Assembly: GCF_018350175.1 (NCBI RefSeq)
Contig: NC_058378.1
Coordinates: 80,724,001-80,788,000, forward strand
Length of the DNA stretch: 64,000 bases
Origin: Felis catus
Taxonomy: Eukaryota
Direction of reading: 5' to 3'
The notes below the pieces were generated by a model, which was not told where the DNA came from, did not search any database, and saw only the letters and a list, made by a program, of their open reading frames with translations. The position numbers and the translations under genes were made by a program. Below, one piece after another: positions 60,481 to 64,000 of this stretch (the stretch's first letter is position 1; every line of letters begins with the position of its first letter).

Positions 60481-61791
60481 CAGCCCAGGCAGTTTTTATT
60501 TTCACATTGAAAGCAATGCTGAGTGGGTAGGAACAGCCTTTCTAAAGAAGAATTCCTACTTCTTTATGCACTCCTGCCCCCCCCGCCCCCCCACCCCCAC
60601 CCCCCCGCCCCGCATTAGCACGCTCCTGGAGGAGACGGAGGCTGTAAAATGCCACTTATGCGCTTGAACCCAATGACGGTCATCAGAAGTACAACGCTGG
60701 TTCTCTGGAAAGTCAAAGTTGCCGAAGAAGTTAGTAAGCAGAAATGAGGGATTGCTGCGAAACCAGATGGAGCGTTTTCTTCTAATCGCATCCGTAGAAA
60801 GCACACGGTCTCACGAAAGCAAAGTCCCCACCGCTCTGCTGGCTGCACTCTGTGTTCGGAACCAGGAAGGCTCACGGGATGCCAGGTGGGAATCCCCGGG
60901 GATGCTTTCACCTACTGGCCTGCAACCCCAGACCCTGAGGATTTGGCAATACTCTGCTGAAAAGCGCCCAAGACGGCGGCATCCCACTGGTGGATGGCAT
61001 AAAGACCCACTCACAGCCTTATTTGACTGTTTGCCAAGGAGTCGGCATCTCAAAGTGTTGCTCTCCCTTCCCCCTCTCTCCAAATGAATTCTCCGATTGT
61101 CATCCTATGTGCTTAAAAGCAAGGAGATAATAGATATATGGACACATGCCAACCTTTGTGCCGCGTTGTTAATGACACCACAGGTAACTTATGTGTCCCA
61201 TGGGGAAATGGTTAAGCTATGTCCCAACCACCCGAAGGAGTATCATACACTTGTTAAAATTAGGTCTACTGGGAGTTTGTAATAAGAGAGGGACATGCTT
61301 AAAGTGTGTTGGCACCTGAACACAGGACATACCACTGCATTCCTGTATTTATTACAGCCACATAAAAGGAATAAGCTATACACGGGAGAAAACGAATCCT
61401 GGAAGGAAATGCAATGAAACGTTACCCTGGTTGTTCTTGGGGAGTGGAATTGTAGGTGAGAACCCCTGCCCCCATTCCTTTTATGTCCTTTTCTTTAATG
61501 AGAAGATCACTACTTTTATGATGGAGATCATTTATTGGAAATAAGAAACGGGAGGATGCTAATTGCCCTGCCTTCAGTAAAACCGCGGGGAGCGCTGGCG
61601 GTTTCTCCCAAGGGCTGCCTCCCATACCGGGTATGCAAACATATCTGAGAGCAGAAGTCGGTTCCTTCCCTCTGCCTCGGTTCCCTGCTCAGACACACCT
61701 CGTGCGGAGCACGGTATTGTTCTCGTTGAGGAACCAGCCCCTTTGTGGTGGCATTCGAAACACGAGGGGTGTTTTAGAAGTGAAAATTACA

Positions 61792-62005
61792 GCCTGGGTG
61801 GCTCAGTCGGTCACGCGTCCGACTTCGGCTCAGGTCACGATCTCACAGGTCCGTGGGTTCGAGCCCCGCGTCGGGCTCTGTGCTGACAGCTCGGAGCCTG
61901 GAGCCCGCTTCGGAGTCTGTGTCTCCCTCTCTCTCTGCCCCTCCCCCACTCACGCTCTGTCTCTCTCAAAAATAAACATTAAACATTTTTAAGTAAAAAA
62001 AAATA
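61792..62005 (+). mobile_element. CanSINE lacking the first ~5 nt
   Basis: Imperfect TSD agaagtgaaaattac / agaaatgaaagttac. Confidence 0.95.
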
Positions 62006-62139
62006 AGAAATGAAAGTTACTCTCAAGAGTTGCAGCAAGCGAATCAAGGGTTCTTGCACTCCGTAAAGAGGAGGCAGATTTTACGTGGCAACTTGCTTCT
62101 GTGTTTAGAAACCAGCCCAGGTTAATGTGTCAGCGGCAC

Positions 62140-62610
62140 GGATTCTCTGACCCCGCCGGTTGGAGTGTGAATTAACACCGTCCTTCTAGAGGACGATCTG
62201 GTGACATTCAAGAAAAGCCTTATGATTCTGCATGTCCTTCGATGGCACGATTCTGCAAATTGGGATTTCTTCTAAGGAAAGAATCCTGAATGCTTGTAAA
62301 CAGAGTTGTAAGCGTGTCCATTATAGTAGAGCATATGATAACGAACAGTCGAAAACGACAAGAGTCTGGCTCGTTAATCATGGCACACTTATGTAATGGC
62401 GTGTGACGTTTTTGAAGAATATTGACCGAAATGGAAATTATTCAAAACGCATTGTTATATAAAGTAATCTGATTCTAGAGTAGTACATAATTTTGCACTG
62501 AAATACACATGTGCTAATTAAAAAGAATGACAAAAAATATACGAAACTGGTAACTATAACTCTGTTTCCAGATGGCAGAATTAGGGGTGATTTATCCCCG
62601 TTTTCGCCGA
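62140..62610 (+). mobile_element. Old L1ME-like 3' fragment
   Basis: ggttggagtgtgaattaacaccgtccttctagagg...gggatttcttctaaggaaa. Confidence 0.5.
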
Positions 62611-62954
62611 TAGATTCCTTCATTCAATGCATCTCACCTATTTTGCTCCGTGGAGCAGTGTGTAGTCAGTGAGGCATGTCCTGGATGAGGCCTGTCCTCA
62701 GTGAGGTCTGTTGTGCTACCCGTGAGCTGCTCAGAGCATGGGGCCCCAGGCATGCTGAGAGCCCTTCCGAGCCCCAGAGTGAATGAGGCAGGCCTCAAGG
62801 AAGCAAGTGACACATTAGGCTGGCCATTGTCCAAGGGACTTTTAGGAGGATCACTGCTTACTCTACAAGGATTGGAGAGAAAAGAGAAGTCCTTATTCCG
62901 GCCTTCCTAAAACTAGTGTGCCCTGAAAACTCTTCTAAGTCACATTTTTTCCAG

Positions 62955-63325
62955 TTCCATCCATCTACCCACCCAACTCTCCATTCATTCACCTACCTTT
63001 TCCTTCATCTATCTAACCACCCATCCAACTGCTCATTCATACACTTATCTGCCTGTCCACTCATCCACTCACTTACCTATCTATCATCCACTCATCCACG
63101 CCCCCACCCCATCCATTGACTCAGCGGCCAGCCCATACCTCTGTTCATCCATCCAAACTTCTTTGCTGGTGTGACGACCCATCTGCCCATCCATTCACTC
63201 ACATGAATACTTATCCACCCATCCAGCCATTCAGCCACCTACCTAGCCATCTACTCACCCACGCATGCATTCATCCATCTTCCATCATTCTGTCCATCCA
63301 CGCTTTTGTTTCTTCACTCGTTCCA
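62955..63325. repeat. Degenerate (CCAT)n low-complexity tract
   Basis: Direct observation. Confidence 0.85.
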
Positions 63326-63829
63326 TAAACATTGACTGGGGACCTACAACTTGCCAGATCCTGCACTTGGATGGTGCCAAGATCAAGGACGCAGCCCACC
63401 CTCAGGGAGTTCATAGGCCAGGTTGTGTCCATCACTCACACCAACAAGGCCTGTGGGCAGCTTTGGTGTGGCCTGGTAACCACCTGGCACCCTCCACCCA
63501 GGTTTTTGTGAAGTGTGCAGAGGGCCCTGGTTGAAAGAGCCCTTGGGAACATGGGAAACACATTTCCTGGGAGGTGAAAGCATTTGGGAGTGTCCTCTGA
63601 CACCTGGGGGTGGGGTTGGGGGTGGGGGTTGGGTTTGTGCCCACCAGCTTCCCTAAACCCTTGTCAGCATGGGGTGTTACCAATATTTGTATGTTTTGAC
63701 TCTAGGATGGCTTAAAACTCCATATTTCCGTGTGTATTTCTCTGGACGCTGACGAGGTCGAGCGTTTTGCACGTTTGTTGTTCATGCACCCCTTTTCTTT
63801 TGTGACTTGCTTGTTGTAACTGCAAGTAT

Positions 63830-64000
63830 GGGGGCACCTGGCTGGTTCATTTGGTGTCCAACTCTTGATTTTGGCTCAGGTCGTGATCTCATGCTTTGTG
63901 AGGGCTCATGGGGCTCACTGCTGTCAGCACACAGCCCGCTTTGGATCCTCTGTCCCCCTCTCGCTCTCTGCCCTCCCCTGCTGGCACTCTCTCTCAAAAA
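63830..64000 (+). mobile_element. CanSINE running off the window end
   Basis: gggggcacctggctggttc...ctctctcaaaaa. Confidence 0.9.

Noticed and set aside
10300-60505. ORFs containing long X runs
   Set aside because: Artefacts of translating N gaps.
1-64000. Repeat orientation bias as evidence for a host gene's direction
   Set aside because: SINEs are 16 minus vs 12 plus and L1s occur on both strands; not convincing.
1-64000. Endogenous viral element, retrogene or novel multi-gene system
   Set aside because: No gag/pol/env, non-retroviral viral or processed-pseudogene peptide recognised in any listed ORF; only solo MaLR LTRs. A six-frame BLASTX of the repeat-masked window would be the decisive test.

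Overview
This is mammalian, not microbial, DNA. It comes from a felid (cat-family) genome, as shown by about 28 tRNA-derived CanSINE/SINEC_Fc copies, three of them very young. I find no credible protein-coding exon, structural RNA gene or CRISPR array. ORFs with recognisable peptides are all decayed LINE-1 ORF1/ORF2 pieces or SINE read-throughs. Much of the window is transposon debris: L1M-type LINEs (a long degenerate element at ~19.3-25.9 kb, a 5'-inverted L1 at 13.2-14.7 kb, an L1ME-like element at ~31.4-35.4 kb), L2, MIR, MaLR (MLT1) solo LTRs, and DNA-transposon MITEs (MER20, MER53, MER45A, MER58, MER112, MADE2, a Tigger-type MITE). Between the repeats are several repeat-free, AT-rich islands rich in homeodomain/PBX/MEIS words. 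These look like conserved non-coding enhancers in a gene desert or large intron of a developmental regulator (inference; locus not identified). Eleven N-gaps (139-478 bp) hide about 2.4 kb. I do not see a novel biological system. The most interesting signals are the candidate enhancer archipelago and several mechanistically informative retrotransposition events. Repeat family and subfamily names are assigned by eye from remembered consensus sequences and need RepeatMasker/Dfam confirmation.
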